Positions 9,601 to 18,332 of a stretch of 62,418 bases of DNA are shown here, in pieces. The translations under genes and the position numbers were made by a program. Where the stretch lies: IMG/VR virus record IMGVR_UViG_3300021963_000132, positions 1-62,418 of that record, one strand, 5' to 3'. The stretch's first letter is position 1. Every line of letters begins with the position of its first letter. This stretch comes from a virus. Taxonomy: Duplodnaviria; Caudoviricetes. The notes under the pieces were generated by a model that was not told where the DNA came from, did no database searches, and worked only from the letters and a program-made list of their open reading frames with translations.

Positions 9601-12158
9601 TCAACATAGATATCTGGGTCGATGGCGAGACCAAGTTTGATATTTTCCTTTAGTTCTTCGTCTACCTCTGGGTCATCAAAACCTTCTTCGCCAAGAGGGT
9701 CCCTTGTTGGCCGACGACGTGAGCGCGTGCTAGGCGAAGAGGGGCGAGTGGCTTGCTCCAATGCCATGGCGCGGTATTCTGAATCAATTTTTGTTCTACC
9801 CGTAATATTCGCCCCATCAAAACGGGCATCGGTCAAGATGGCGCCCCTCAGGTCTGCACCATCCAAGTTCACTCCTCGGAAATCTGCCCCATTCGCTACG
9901 GCACCCCTCAAGTCCGCATCCGTTAGGTCTGCGCCTGCAAACTTTGCTCTTGAGATGTCGGCCAAACGCATGTCAGCCAGTGGAAGTTGGGCCCTTTGGA
10001 GATTTGCTCTCGAAAGGTCGGTTGCCCTAAGGTCAATGAACGTACCCTTGACATCCTGTAGGTTAATTCCACCCAGGTCCTGCTCCGATAGGTCTGCGCC
10101 TCGCAAATCCGCGCCGCTAAGGTTCGTGGATTCGTCAATCATGAGACGCAGGTCTGCACCAGCAAGTTTCTTCCCTCCATCCAATTCTGCTTCTAGTTCT
10201 GTCTTACGCGGTCTTTTACCGTGGAAACGGACTGTTGAGTCTTTGAGGAAATTCTCACGAACTGAGTCACTTCCTTTTGGCGGAAACGCTTTGTCAATTT
10301 GCATCAACAATCTTGATGGCGTGCGTTGCGAACGCATACCAACACTTTGTTCCCAACCTTTATCTAATTCTGCGCCATCTAGATTGGCATCTTTCAATAT
10401 TGCGCCGTCAAGATATGCACCCGTCAGGTTTGCCCCCTGAAGATTCGCCCCAGTTAAATCAGCACCCCTAAAGTCTGCCCTAATTAAGTCGGCGCCACTC
10501 AAATCTGCTCCGCGAAGGTCAGAATTCTCAAAATCTGCACGACGACCGTAAATCCCAGTCATATCGGCGTTGCGTAGATTTGCACGATAGAAAACCGATT
10601 CCTCTGCTTCTGCGCCTGCCATATTTGCGCCAGAAAGGTTTGCCCCTTGAAAACTCGCCCCAGAAAGAGTTGAGCGATTCAGGTCTGCACCATTGAGATT
10701 GGCGTATGACAAATCAATCTTCTGTAGGTCCTGGTCGGAGAGGTCTGCCCCTTCTAGATTTGCCTCCGGAACGAGTTCGCTTGTGTCTACGTCCTCCCCA
10801 CCACGACGTGAACGCATGCCAGCAAGTTCGCGTTCACGCTGTAGCCCGGTGCGCAAGGTGCGGTCGGGCGCATGGTCTCCACCCTGGACAAATGGATAGC
10901 CCTGTTTTTTGATTTCGTTCAGCGTGCGGCCCAGGAATTCTGGGTTATTTTCTAGTTCCCGCACCCATTTGTCATCCACGCCACTATATGTGTAGACGCG
11001 GCCACCGTTATAGGTAACGATAAGTTCCTTATTGTCGTCATCCCATGTAAGTTTTTCAACTGCACGTGAATCACGTGTGTCAATCTGGCTCTTGCCACCC
11101 TTGCCAACGCGACTTAGGCGACCGACACGGTTGGAGATAATTGCCCTACGCGACTGCTCGGTGGTGGCGCGACCCGGCACCGATGGAGTAAATGTCCGAC
11201 CATCCGCTCCAGTTAAAGATGCTGCGTCATTTCCAAGTAGTTCACGAATGCGACCCTCAACCCTGGAGATATCGGCATCACCAAGTTTTCCGGCACGACG
11301 GAGTGTTTCGTTCTCCTCCGACTCGCCCTCGAGCATTGACGAAATTTGTCTACCGAGATTCTGTGGCACAAGGAAGCGCGGAATAATGGGGCGCTCAAGG
11401 GGAAGTCCCTCAAAGACGATGCCATCTTTATCGGCGTCAATCCGCCCTGTTACGTCAATGAAGACAAAACCATCTGGTGCAGCGCGAAGGCCACGTCCAA
11501 TTCTTTTTCCAATTCGACCACCAAGGCGTTTTTCTTCAATGTCCTCGAATCGTTCTGCCTTGATGGAGTACTTGTAGGCAACATCCTGAAGTCCAGTGCG
11601 ACGCTGAATTGTTCTTGGCGCCACAGAGTCTGCAATATTCTGAGTAACAGCGGCCGAAATTGTTTTATCTCGACCACGGACTAGGCCTGTTTTTATATCA
11701 AAACCGAATGAGCCAGAACGGAGCAAGGCAGCAAACGAACGTGCCTGAACATCGTATTTGAATGCAAGTGTTTTGAAATGGATTGCATTTTGACGAGCAG
11801 ACAAATCAAACGAACGAATCTGGAAGTCACGACCGGATGGCGTTGCGGATTTGGTATTGGTTTTATGGGTTCCAACAAAACTGCGCTTTCCAAGCGTCTG
11901 TTCTGGAGAATTTTCAGAAGCGGCCATTAGCGCCGAAATGAAAGTTCTGTCCTCTGATGGCAAATTGCGTTGTTGTGATGTGGAAACGCCAATGGGCAGG
12001 AGGTCAATAAGTGATTTGCCTTTTTGTGAGTTCGCCCACAGTGCCCACTCTTCGGCACGCTTAGTGGCGCCGTAGGCAACATTGGATGAATCATCAGTAA
12101 CGACAATCCCGTACGGCTTACTTGTTGCCGTATCAGTAAGGATGACGTATTTTTTCAC
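3636..12158 (-). CDS. Giant multidomain protein (2840 aa): DxDxDG leader, KTSC-like, pentapeptide repeats, PI3/4-kinase/HipA-like kinase, internal duplications
   Basis: Long ORF; GTG start overlaps the upstream stop (GTGA) with a GGAGGT RBS. Motifs: DVTGRIDADKDGIVFEGLPLERP; SRAVEKLTWDDDNKELIVTYNGGRVYTYSGV; A(D/N)LxG repeats; GSNGGQWY...FFVK...NE...DMALSNWDVFG...IRLDTGGG. Confidence 0.9.
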   Translation of the reverse strand: MKKYVILTDTATSKPYGIVVTDDSSNVAYGATKRAEEWALWANSQKGKSLIDLLPIGVSTSQQRNLPSEDRTFISALMAASENSPEQTLGKRSFVGTHKTNTKSATPSGRDFQIRSFDLSARQNAIHFKTLAFKYDVQARSFAALLRSGSFGFDIKTGLVRGRDKTISAAVTQNIADSVAPRTIQRRTGLQDVAYKYSIKAERFEDIEEKRLGGRIGKRIGRGLRAAPDGFVFIDVTGRIDADKDGIVFEGLPLERPIIPRFLVPQNLGRQISSMLEGESEENETLRRAGKLGDADISRVEGRIRELLGNDAASLTGADGRTFTPSVPGRATTEQSRRAIISNRVGRLSRVGKGGKSQIDTRDSRAVEKLTWDDDNKELIVTYNGGRVYTYSGVDDKWVRELENNPEFLGRTLNEIKKQGYPFVQGGDHAPDRTLRTGLQRERELAGMRSRRGGEDVDTSELVPEANLEGADLSDQDLQKIDLSYANLNGADLNRSTLSGASFQGANLSGANMAGAEAEESVFYRANLRNADMTGIYGRRADFENSDLRGADLSGADLIRADFRGADLTGANLQGANLTGAYLDGAILKDANLDGAELDKGWEQSVGMRSQRTPSRLLMQIDKAFPPKGSDSVRENFLKDSTVRFHGKRPRKTELEAELDGGKKLAGADLRLMIDESTNLSGADLRGADLSEQDLGGINLQDVKGTFIDLRATDLSRANLQRAQLPLADMRLADISRAKFAGADLTDADLRGAVANGADFRGVNLDGADLRGAILTDARFDGANITGRTKIDSEYRAMALEQATRPSSPSTRSRRRPTRDPLGEEGFDDPEVDEELKENIKLGLAIDPDIYVDRDGTWRRRKGGARPSQRSGRSAMSKLADFNTRSRNPLDVFPGAEVFDPDNDDHAAIYEEFSDADFPAARTQDFLNARQALLENHPMIEGPGSDIYMAGIDDMAMEMTASFWDRIGRLPGQPSSRSSRRDRRDTVLRATSRLIDFNSKSKRPLDVYPGAEVFDVNNDDHAEIADIFEDVDFPAARTQDFLNARQALRDEMGSDIDETMLDLLAMEMAESFWDRIEHMSPSMRPDDSSRSRRASFVPAGNFVSAVETLDDVDFSVLRGHKEWFNQGPYRGTGSTADDYVRGPYRSPGPNEARGDGFVYLADGRVITPKEVRDFFGYDNPQSMRSAYTGPVIGNGPLPSFKDLDGMTRISGPLGSNGGQWYRDDKTGRKFFVKPTPTPNHAYNEAAVAAVYRAAGAHAPNVAVIVDGKGKPHIISEGIDGLETLGRPDARQRAVAKLDMGIDMALSNWDVFGGGENTKWDARTGAAIRLDTGGGGLYRARGGDKPSFNPNDPWIEPATMIYSQSAQSKYLYGNVSNDDFVTSMRRVEGLDLVAIDKEMANSGVPAAMRKTFIDTLAARQKMAKKYADDFSQYTPEARVNVAGTKITPGGEKLAAAPGKRGLSIFSFKRGNDTPTTRSRRSDAAIAAGFDDPEDDSAELEEEIRQGMAVDPNLYLDSKGRWRDKRTGRLVRDVAPESSRSQRSRRGGDNERDPIRAERDFEDLIGDDGFDRDPEDVPPGGKRRRRGANTNNFRSARSARPRSDEPGLRSNEIAGDLTIGEYDALDDAVRLLQRDDNSPAVAALRDAIQNAIAANDMIVMSRGDFANAKRAVDNWMNNPDNLPGGFVSDLQGVLDEMEIADADGNIWTSAMLEAEGTRLSMPSARSARPRSDEPGLRDDEIAGDMTILEYGALDQAVWLINRTAENFSDDDYRGIADLYAALANAAAGNDMIVMNRDDFARAKRAVDKWMSDPDNLPGGNVSDLQGVLEEMESADADGNIWTSAMLEAQGTRLSMPSAEELDEFMRMRNSALESYFGEGMGTDGGPSTRSSRGPSSRSSRPTPRAAVLERVKENTATMRGAYYDPQQRTVTVVFKNGKTEQFNVDRDALLGILRRNGYELSDGAMRELRGRGRFSVMAPNERIDTPNKPAGGLRSSRGVSRGSVSERQRIATIERGTSMRSGIAIIPGHTKIDDSDGEIWDSLSDEQRKEAISRIAKLEDAAIRRLSGGSLSVEFDANGNVANIDNYAVGAFESAGGINRDVGIFGDSMAPRLALDGATVQKEVTAEGRKAKKFAKLQKYSLVTGVRDPETGEMTLGLTKEGADTLATRIVSVRKLYNSRLDDLDKDIDALNKAIAQGTDVEKNKRSLAAKKTQREKVAIAYRQFLDDAAALSTIAKGRLAGNDNNSTNADGGDAMRYIPEQLPSTYRKELFEPDGIIGSRATLDAMFDDWMESGAANVPDVPRTKRGTVSKKKKEYKELVKRFRSGELDKQIFADVGNTWKWKDKVELRDGRLRGKGKDFDVLGDVSEEQLDADSSSLRRMGFHVADISEKTGSKRKGSSFWARTIIPDPSQWVRRYNARNDRKRDAARRLTALKTGTGGTVTSGTREKTKKELRILARYKASRLGLLASGRNDANGAVDSANKTLATRKSVFSGEDSATTPEGIKLLSELRKLFAEADTKEAAKIKKKQKGLNPGDDPILAQILNVLDLNHRPTVVTLDELTELSKVPGARVIRRGFGGKTFAEDFMDDSSERRVTPGKGGSAQGVGEYWAIVMEDGRDTRAAVTNWEGYITADNQTDPATGKRLKNTIPGPGGAVATLAPDAKVITLRELETLQDELADVSGGINLAFSSPDLPERFAQKTEGDALKRLLELIEENIYAKYQPDDPAWQTRGGKTIMELVNAVRNAKNPEDRKRALAALDYFARGSTRGVLRNLLAPLYGYDAIRANNGVMLVFNRGAVITYGGVGGLEMTRAVEKAVIDGVPLSADMVAKLHAGERVD
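6600..7380 (-). repeat. Tandem duplication (about 385-400 bp unit) inside the 2840-aa ORF
   Basis: The sequence gaagacctggttcatcggaacgtgggcgtgccgaacgtgcg is identical at about 6956 and about 7340. Both protein units read SARSARPRSDEPGLR...EIAGD...NDMIVM...PDNLPGG.VSDLQGVL.EME.ADADGNIWTSAMLEA.GTRLSMPSA. Confidence 0.9.
8930..9530 (-). repeat. Tandem duplication (about 345 bp unit) inside the 2840-aa ORF
   Basis: About 50 nt (gaagtgcctgtcgagcatttaggaagtcttgtgttcgtgctgctgggaaatc) are identical at about 9014 and about 9360. Protein units read PLDV.PGAEVFD..NDDHA.I...F.D.DFPAARTQDFLNARQAL...MAMEM..SFWDRI. Confidence 0.85.
9790..10780 (-). repeat. Two blocks of pentapeptide repeats (A[D/N]LxG) within the 2840-aa protein
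   Basis: ANLEG ADLSD...ANLNG ADLNR...ADLSG ADLIR ADFRG ADLTG ANLQG; second block ADLRG ADLSE...ADLTD ADLRG. Boundaries approximate. Confidence 0.9.
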
Positions 12159-14188
12159 TTTTTACCTCCAAGGATTGCGACCATAACTTCCTGCTGGCGC
12201 TCGAGTGTGTCGAGTCTCTGCTTTGAAATCGCAGTAATAATATCCAGGTGGGATAGTTCTGCTTCGCTCATGCGGCCATCACGGGAAAGCCGCTCTTTGT
12301 AGTTTACAAAATTGAATGCTCGGGCACGAGCAAGTAATTGTCGTAGTTCTTCAAGGAATATCCGTCGTTGCTGCGCTTGTAGTTCTTTAAAATACCGACC
12401 ATAGACACCGTCGTCGGTGATACTTGCCATATTCTGAATAGAATTTTTTTGTCTAGCAACAATACTTATTTCCGATAATGCCGTTAACTCCGAACCAAAG
12501 TCCGATACAACTGGGTCATTGGTGTCGGCTCCCTTGAACACATCAATGGTTGCCGGACTTCTGTTTTCTGTCCCATTAACAAAGTCAGAAAGAAGTAGTG
12601 CTGCCATCTTTTTGGGAGACGCTTCAGACAACGCTACGTCCTTGTTTTTTTCACGTCCGGGATATACGTTGTCTGTACTGTCAATGAGATATGATGCTTT
12701 ACGGCCGGTGGCAACACGGTAGATATCGGGCGACTCGAGCCCAAGGTGTTGCTGGAAGTCTGAGGCAAACGCATCATCCAGGTGCCCAAAGGACGACCTG
12801 CCCTGACGCAAAATATACGAACGGTTTGCCGGTCCATCAAAGCGCTCTAGCCCGCCACCAAGATTGCGTCGCTTGAAGAGATTTGTCTGCGACAACGCCT
12901 GTTGAAGAATCTCCGGCGAGATTCGGGAAAGCGAACCTCCTGCCGCAATATGGTCAACCGCAGCAGATAGCGAGGTGATTTTGTCTGATATTTCAGCAAT
13001 AGACGAGGATTCCCTAGTCTCGCCGAGGCTCGCGCTTGGTTTCTTCTTGAGAAGTTGCTGAACCCACTTCTCGGTACGACGACCACCGTTCCCCTTGACC
13101 AGTTCATGTGGACGACTCACTCCAACAAACTTTTCACTATACTTTATTCCATCTCCTGTTTGTTCGACAACTTTCTGAAGTCGTGCAGATGGATTTTCGG
13201 AGTTATCAATGGCACTGGCTGCATTGACAGTGCGGCCAAGTTTGCGGCGCTCACCAACGGTCAGTGGGCGAACCTTTTCTAGGCTCAAGGTTGAACCTCC
13301 TGGCAAAACCCAAGTTACGTTGGTAACTCCAGTATTTGACAGAAGACCCAACTCGTCTTGGCCAATAGACGGAACATCATTGATTCTCAGCAGGTATGTG
13401 CCACCCTCCATGTCGCGGTTGTCTGGAATAGCGCGAAGAATTTTCGGGCTGACAACTGGTTCAAGGACAAAACCATCTCGTCGGACTAATCGTGTTGCCG
13501 AAATTCCTGGCGCACCCATGTCTCGCGCCAAGCGTTCTACTTCACCCAGTCGTGCCTGAACATTTGCATCGCCAACTCGTGGAATTTGGGGACGACGAGA
13601 GTCAATAATTGAATCTCCATATTCTCCGGCGCCGAGTGGAGTGCTCTCAAGTGTGCTTGCGACTGCACGTTCACCACGACGAACGGCTCGTACGATTGCC
13701 GAAATCGCAGACCCCAACGGCCCAGGGAGGTCAAATAATTTCTGCCCGCAAGTTGAAAATTCGTTATCTGTGAACCGGCCTCCGTATTGATACCCCTCTG
13801 GGCAGCGGGCTGTACGGTCTCGCATTTTGGGTCGTCCCCGACCCCCTCCCGGCATGCCTGGCGTCAGGGCTGTAAAAATACCCGAACGGACTGGGCTGCG
13901 AAGCGGCGAAATATCTCCGGGGAGGGCATATGAGCCTGCGGCCTGAAGTGTTTGCCCAAGTCGCCCAGATGAGCCAACCAAGCCGACTCGCTTCACTTCA
14001 TATTTGAATCGGGCCCCAGTGGCCATGCCCATGGCCTTGAATGAAACTATTTCTGGCCTGGAAGCAAAAGACGAATAGTACAGACTGCCACTGCCGTGGT
14101 CGGCTTTTTCTGCAATGACATGCCTCTCAACGATGGATGTTGAGTTGGGGCAGCACTTGCTCTTTTTTTCAAACCGATATGTTCTCAT
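12155..14188 (-). CDS. Putative head-associated protein (677 aa) with RCPxG..FTD motif and a possible degenerate kinase-like C-terminal domain
   Basis: ORF in the operon. ARCPEGYQYGGRFTDNEFSTC; the C-terminal ASDFQQHLGLESPD...LLSDFVNGTENRSPATI weakly resembles HipA/PI3-4K-like D..N.DR patterns. Confidence 0.75.
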   Translation of the reverse strand: MRTYRFEKKSKCCPNSTSIVERHVIAEKADHGSGSLYYSSFASRPEIVSFKAMGMATGARFKYEVKRVGLVGSSGRLGQTLQAAGSYALPGDISPLRSPVRSGIFTALTPGMPGGGRGRPKMRDRTARCPEGYQYGGRFTDNEFSTCGQKLFDLPGPLGSAISAIVRAVRRGERAVASTLESTPLGAGEYGDSIIDSRRPQIPRVGDANVQARLGEVERLARDMGAPGISATRLVRRDGFVLEPVVSPKILRAIPDNRDMEGGTYLLRINDVPSIGQDELGLLSNTGVTNVTWVLPGGSTLSLEKVRPLTVGERRKLGRTVNAASAIDNSENPSARLQKVVEQTGDGIKYSEKFVGVSRPHELVKGNGGRRTEKWVQQLLKKKPSASLGETRESSSIAEISDKITSLSAAVDHIAAGGSLSRISPEILQQALSQTNLFKRRNLGGGLERFDGPANRSYILRQGRSSFGHLDDAFASDFQQHLGLESPDIYRVATGRKASYLIDSTDNVYPGREKNKDVALSEASPKKMAALLLSDFVNGTENRSPATIDVFKGADTNDPVVSDFGSELTALSEISIVARQKNSIQNMASITDDGVYGRYFKELQAQQRRIFLEELRQLLARARAFNFVNYKERLSRDGRMSEAELSHLDIITAISKQRLDTLERQQEVMVAILGGKK

Positions 14189-14191
14189 AAG

Positions 14192-14818
14192 TCAGTCACA
14201 GCCGCAATCGTCAGTTGTTGGAAACGCAGACTTTACAAATTGGCCAGAATCATCTTGGCCCTCAAATTCCCAATTAGTTTCATCACGCAAAAAACCACAG
14301 AATGATGGTTCCATGTCAACAAAATCCCTTAGGACAAGTATGGCATGTTTTACATCATCATTTGTCACAACAAAACCCATATCATCGTCAAAATCTTGTT
14401 TAATATTATACATTTCTGAAAATAGAATTTCATCGGCACTTTTCTTCTTACCGAACCGACTGGCCATACGCTTACTCCAGTCCCCATCAGACCACACCGA
14501 ACCGCTAACAACGTTTTTGAGTTTGCGACGACAATTCTTCATTCCTGGGTGATGACAACCCTCATTGGGCCACAAGCCGGTCGTCTCATGATGTAGCCAC
14601 GCGCAAATATTATTGAGGGGGTACAATTCTGGATGGTCGGCCAGAATGACCTTGCAACGTCGAAATCCCCCAGGCTTTTTCATAATTGGACGCCAGTACC
14701 GAAGCAGTCTTTCGAGGTTTCCTCGTCGAGGGCCACGGCCCTTGAGGATATCTCCCGTGATTCTCTCCTGAGGCAAATCCAGAAGGATGTCCTGCGGTGC
14801 TTTGTAGTTGTATTTCAT
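14192..14818 (-). CDS. Putative head-associated protein (208 aa), Cys/His-rich
   Basis: GNLERLLRYWR...PGGFRRC...CAWLHHETTGLWP resembles a motif I associate with actinophage head-module proteins (recalled, not searched). Confidence 0.7.
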   Translation of the reverse strand: MKYNYKAPQDILLDLPQERITGDILKGRGPRRGNLERLLRYWRPIMKKPGGFRRCKVILADHPELYPLNNICAWLHHETTGLWPNEGCHHPGMKNCRRKLKNVVSGSVWSDGDWSKRMASRFGKKKSADEILFSEMYNIKQDFDDDMGFVVTNDDVKHAILVLRDFVDMEPSFCGFLRDETNWEFEGQDDSGQFVKSAFPTTDDCGCD

Positions 14819-14823
14819 CAGAA

Positions 14824-15162
14824 CTAAATGCCTTCCGTAATAGTCGCAAGGATAGATGAGAGTATCTGCTCTCCGCGTTGAGACGACCAGAAAAATTCGC
14901 GCTGCGAAGGTGGAATAGATAATACATTATGAACAACAAACATCATTGGCAGAGTATCTCCAGACCTATTGAATACAAGTGACGACGATGGTTTATTGGT
15001 GCTGTCGTACGATACGCGCTTGTCGCGATGGGGGTCTTCCCCCGTTATTAGTTGACGAGCGAAACCGATACATTCATCCGGTGTATAGCGAGAATTGCCT
15101 AGTGAGACTACATTTGTTCCAAATAGTCTAATAATTTCTTGATACCACTGTTCGTCGGTCAT
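14824..15162 (-). CDS. Hypothetical protein (112 aa)
   Basis: ATG overlaps the upstream TGA (4-nt overlap); lies within the operon. Confidence 0.7.
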   Translation of the reverse strand: MTDEQWYQEIIRLFGTNVVSLGNSRYTPDECIGFARQLITGEDPHRDKRVSYDSTNKPSSSLVFNRSGDTLPMMFVVHNVLSIPPSQREFFWSSQRGEQILSSILATITEGI

Positions 15163-18100
15163 AGAGGGACCTCATCAAATCGCGCAAGTTTGTCGCCAGG
15201 GAAACTACCACCAAATATCCAGAGCATGTATCTATAGACAAGTTGCATCTCTTCATTGGTAAGCGGACGAGTAAAGCCTCCTCCTTTTGCGACCTGAGCA
15301 AGCGGTATCCCAAGCATCTCTGACAAGCCTGTTTCTGCAGCAAATTCCGCCAATGAGAATCCATCCGACGAAAGCAAGGTTTGTTGGCTTACTAGCGTTG
15401 CCTGATAAGAAGAATACCCCGGCGAATCATTACGCAGAATGGCGCCGGGTGCGGCAGGAAGCCCAACCCGCCCACTGATTTCTCTAAGTTGCTCTTTTTC
15501 TGCGTCAGAAAATGGCGCTAATTCTAGGATTGAAGTCGGCAACATTTCAAAAATCAATCCTGTCGTATCAGTTAGTTTGCCAAAGGCATTAGGAATTTTT
15601 GCACGTTGAATCTGATTGTTGCCGACCTCATCAATCGCTGCATTTGTTGCGGCAATAAGAGTATCCATGTCTGCCGATTCAAAATCTTCAAATGTATTGA
15701 TTCCAAAGCGTCTAAAAGCCCTAGGGAGCAGCACCTCATTTGGTTTTATTAAGTTGTTGTTCTCCGTAGCGGCCCGAATGCGGTCAAAGTTACTGACTGA
15801 CCCCCCGGCCAATGACGATATTGAGGTATGAATTCTATCCATCATTGGGCCGACTCCGAGAAGCGCATCAGCAATTGGCCGTGCTTCCTCTGCAGTCAGT
15901 CCAGCGATTTCTCCCGAACCCGAAATTTTGATATCCGGGAATCCCAACGTATCTAGAACAAAAGCCGACGGAAAGTTGGAGCCAGTCCCTAGCATTACGC
16001 CGCGGAAATCATTCCGATGACTACTGGCTTCCCATTGCAACAAGTCTGGAGAAAGCATAGAGAACAAATGATACGGAGTTAATACATCCCCAGTTTTATT
16101 TGCAACCCCGAGTCGCGCATTCCCAGTAGTCTGCGATATCTCGTTTAGTACTCGTGCTATTGATGCATTCATCCGAACTGGCTGATTGCCGAAGTAAATT
16201 GCCTTGTTTAGTATTCTGGAAATATCTTTATCCAGTTCAGATGCTTCTTGTCTTGAAATTGGAAACGGGAGGCCAAGGAGTCTGCCTAGTTGTGCCCCAC
16301 CAACGGAATCATAGTTTGAGATTAAATTGCTAGTTTGCGCAAATTGTCCGAGATAGAACGGGAGTAGAGCGTCTATCCCAGGACGTGGGGTAACACCATC
16401 TGGTTCGTATTCTGTGCGGTGGAGCACGTCGTTTTGCGAAGATGCCCAATACAGCAGGCGACGCCTAAAACCATCTGGGTCATTTTGTGCAAACGATTGC
16501 AAACTTTCCTTATATACATCTAGATAAAACGATTCAACCGGAAGTTGTTTTTCTAAGGTTTCTTTATCTGGGAGTGTTTTCCCCTCCTGCGCAAATTGTT
16601 TACTCAGGTTAGACAAATAATCGGACCTCAGTTGTGCTGCTCGTTGACGGAGTTTGTCTTGCATTCGCAAAAAATGCAGGGCATGTGTCATTTCGTGTAT
16701 GCCAGTGAATGTCTGATTAATAGGTGACCATTTCTCAACAACACCATTAACTGCATCGATTGTTTGCTTATACCGACCCTGGGTTGTAAGCATCGTTGTT
16801 GCCATGCTTAAATTATCCAGGAAATATCGCATATCATTTAGGGTTCCTCCGAGCATCTCCTGCTGCACGTCTTCGAGGGATATGCCAAGTAGGTTTGCAT
16901 CAACTCTATTAATGCTGTCGACAGTTTCAAGTATAAAAGGAAGATTTCTTTCGATAACTTTTAACAACTGAGGATTCGCATTTACCGCCACCGAAACAAG
17001 TTCGTCCTGAAAAAAAGAAAACGAGGCGACCAATTGAGAGATAGCGTCCAATGTTTCTCTCCGCATACCCAGTGCGAGTGGCGCAATTTCGGCGACATCT
17101 CGGAGGTTCACCAATTTCACTGTGTCAACTTGCATTTGCTTAGAAATCGCAGCCGATAGAACATTGAAATTCTTTTTGTCTTGGCGCAATATCCAGCCCC
17201 AACCTACTCGGTTTGCAAAATTGTCGTCATGACTATACTCAATTTCAATTCCAGGTTGTTCGTACATTTTCCTAGGACGCATTCGTGGGCCGCTACCGCG
17301 CAAGAGCAAGGATTCGTCAACTGGTTCCCACTTGGCTGTTCGCTGTGGTGCCGAAGTTTGTCCGTTAACCCCGGAGTCAGCAGCACTGCTATCTAGACGA
17401 GATATTTTCCACCTAACAGTATTTCGCAATGGTTCATCTTCTAACATGAATACGAATTGAGATATGTATGCCTCCTGCCATGGGTGGAGTTCGTCGTCTG
17501 GTCTCATCTCATCAAGAAAATCTATATACGAACGACCTCTGTCTGTTCTTCCGAATCCGGGAATGATTTTTGTCAATACCCTCTGTGCGTCGGCTTTAGT
17601 TTTGAGCGACTTGCCGCCGTTGTGGCGAACCGCAACGTGGTCTTTGATGTCTTGTACACGTTCGAGCATGGTTTTCCCCGAGATTGAGCGCTCCTTTACC
17701 GTGTCTGCCCTAGCCGTTCGGATACTACGCATGCTTTGCGGCTTTCCTGATTCATCGAGTACAAAGTCAAAGCCAGGTACAAAGGGGCGCATGGTTGGTA
17801 ATCCATCATTAACAAAACCATCGCCATCGCCATCAACCGAACGATTGACACTCAGTGAGGGCCCAAGTGCTTTTGCTCCGGTTGCTGACCTAAGTGGCTC
17901 AATAAAGGAGCGCCGTAACTGTGTTCCATCAAGATGTGGGCTAGATGGGTTTATCATTTTGCGTCGGAATGCGTACGCTCTTTCCTCTGCAGATTTTTTT
18001 GATTTTTTCCCCGGAACCAATTCTGTTACAACCTTGGCGCCAACCAGCAATTCATCATCTATTGGTTGGGTTTTGGAGAGAAACATGCGAGACCAGCGAT

Positions 18101-18332
18101 TTCTATCTTCATTTCGGGGTGGTGGGCTCCACAGAAATCGGTGAAACTTTGAAAATTTGAATTCTTTTATATCTGCAGTTGTGGTAATAAATTGCATAAA
18201 AGGCAGATACTCAATGGCGTCAGACCTAGAGACAAGGGCGCCATCTAATTTTTGTTCTCCATACGGTGTTAGTAAATAAAATAATTTTCTATCATTGTAG
18301 GAGCCAACCAATATTGCGCGAGTTTTCATCAC
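15159..18332 (-). CDS. Large protein (1057 aa) with DGDGDG leader variant and HExxH zincin-like motif
   Basis: KALGPSLSVNRSVDGDGDGFVNDGLPTMRP; QSMRSIR; GIHEMTHALH (16683-16697); distal LAEFAAE. Confidence 0.85.
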   Translation of the reverse strand: MMKTRAILVGSYNDRKLFYLLTPYGEQKLDGALVSRSDAIEYLPFMQFITTTADIKEFKFSKFHRFLWSPPPRNEDRNRWSRMFLSKTQPIDDELLVGAKVVTELVPGKKSKKSAEERAYAFRRKMINPSSPHLDGTQLRRSFIEPLRSATGAKALGPSLSVNRSVDGDGDGFVNDGLPTMRPFVPGFDFVLDESGKPQSMRSIRTARADTVKERSISGKTMLERVQDIKDHVAVRHNGGKSLKTKADAQRVLTKIIPGFGRTDRGRSYIDFLDEMRPDDELHPWQEAYISQFVFMLEDEPLRNTVRWKISRLDSSAADSGVNGQTSAPQRTAKWEPVDESLLLRGSGPRMRPRKMYEQPGIEIEYSHDDNFANRVGWGWILRQDKKNFNVLSAAISKQMQVDTVKLVNLRDVAEIAPLALGMRRETLDAISQLVASFSFFQDELVSVAVNANPQLLKVIERNLPFILETVDSINRVDANLLGISLEDVQQEMLGGTLNDMRYFLDNLSMATTMLTTQGRYKQTIDAVNGVVEKWSPINQTFTGIHEMTHALHFLRMQDKLRQRAAQLRSDYLSNLSKQFAQEGKTLPDKETLEKQLPVESFYLDVYKESLQSFAQNDPDGFRRRLLYWASSQNDVLHRTEYEPDGVTPRPGIDALLPFYLGQFAQTSNLISNYDSVGGAQLGRLLGLPFPISRQEASELDKDISRILNKAIYFGNQPVRMNASIARVLNEISQTTGNARLGVANKTGDVLTPYHLFSMLSPDLLQWEASSHRNDFRGVMLGTGSNFPSAFVLDTLGFPDIKISGSGEIAGLTAEEARPIADALLGVGPMMDRIHTSISSLAGGSVSNFDRIRAATENNNLIKPNEVLLPRAFRRFGINTFEDFESADMDTLIAATNAAIDEVGNNQIQRAKIPNAFGKLTDTTGLIFEMLPTSILELAPFSDAEKEQLREISGRVGLPAAPGAILRNDSPGYSSYQATLVSQQTLLSSDGFSLAEFAAETGLSEMLGIPLAQVAKGGGFTRPLTNEEMQLVYRYMLWIFGGSFPGDKLARFDEVPL

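Noticed and set aside
12150-12170. A-rich junction (GGT AAA AAG TGA AAA AAT) as a second frameshift site
   Set aside because: It is adequately explained by a GGAGGT RBS and GTGA start/stop overlap; there is no in-frame XXXYYYZ heptamer before the stop and no obvious hairpin.
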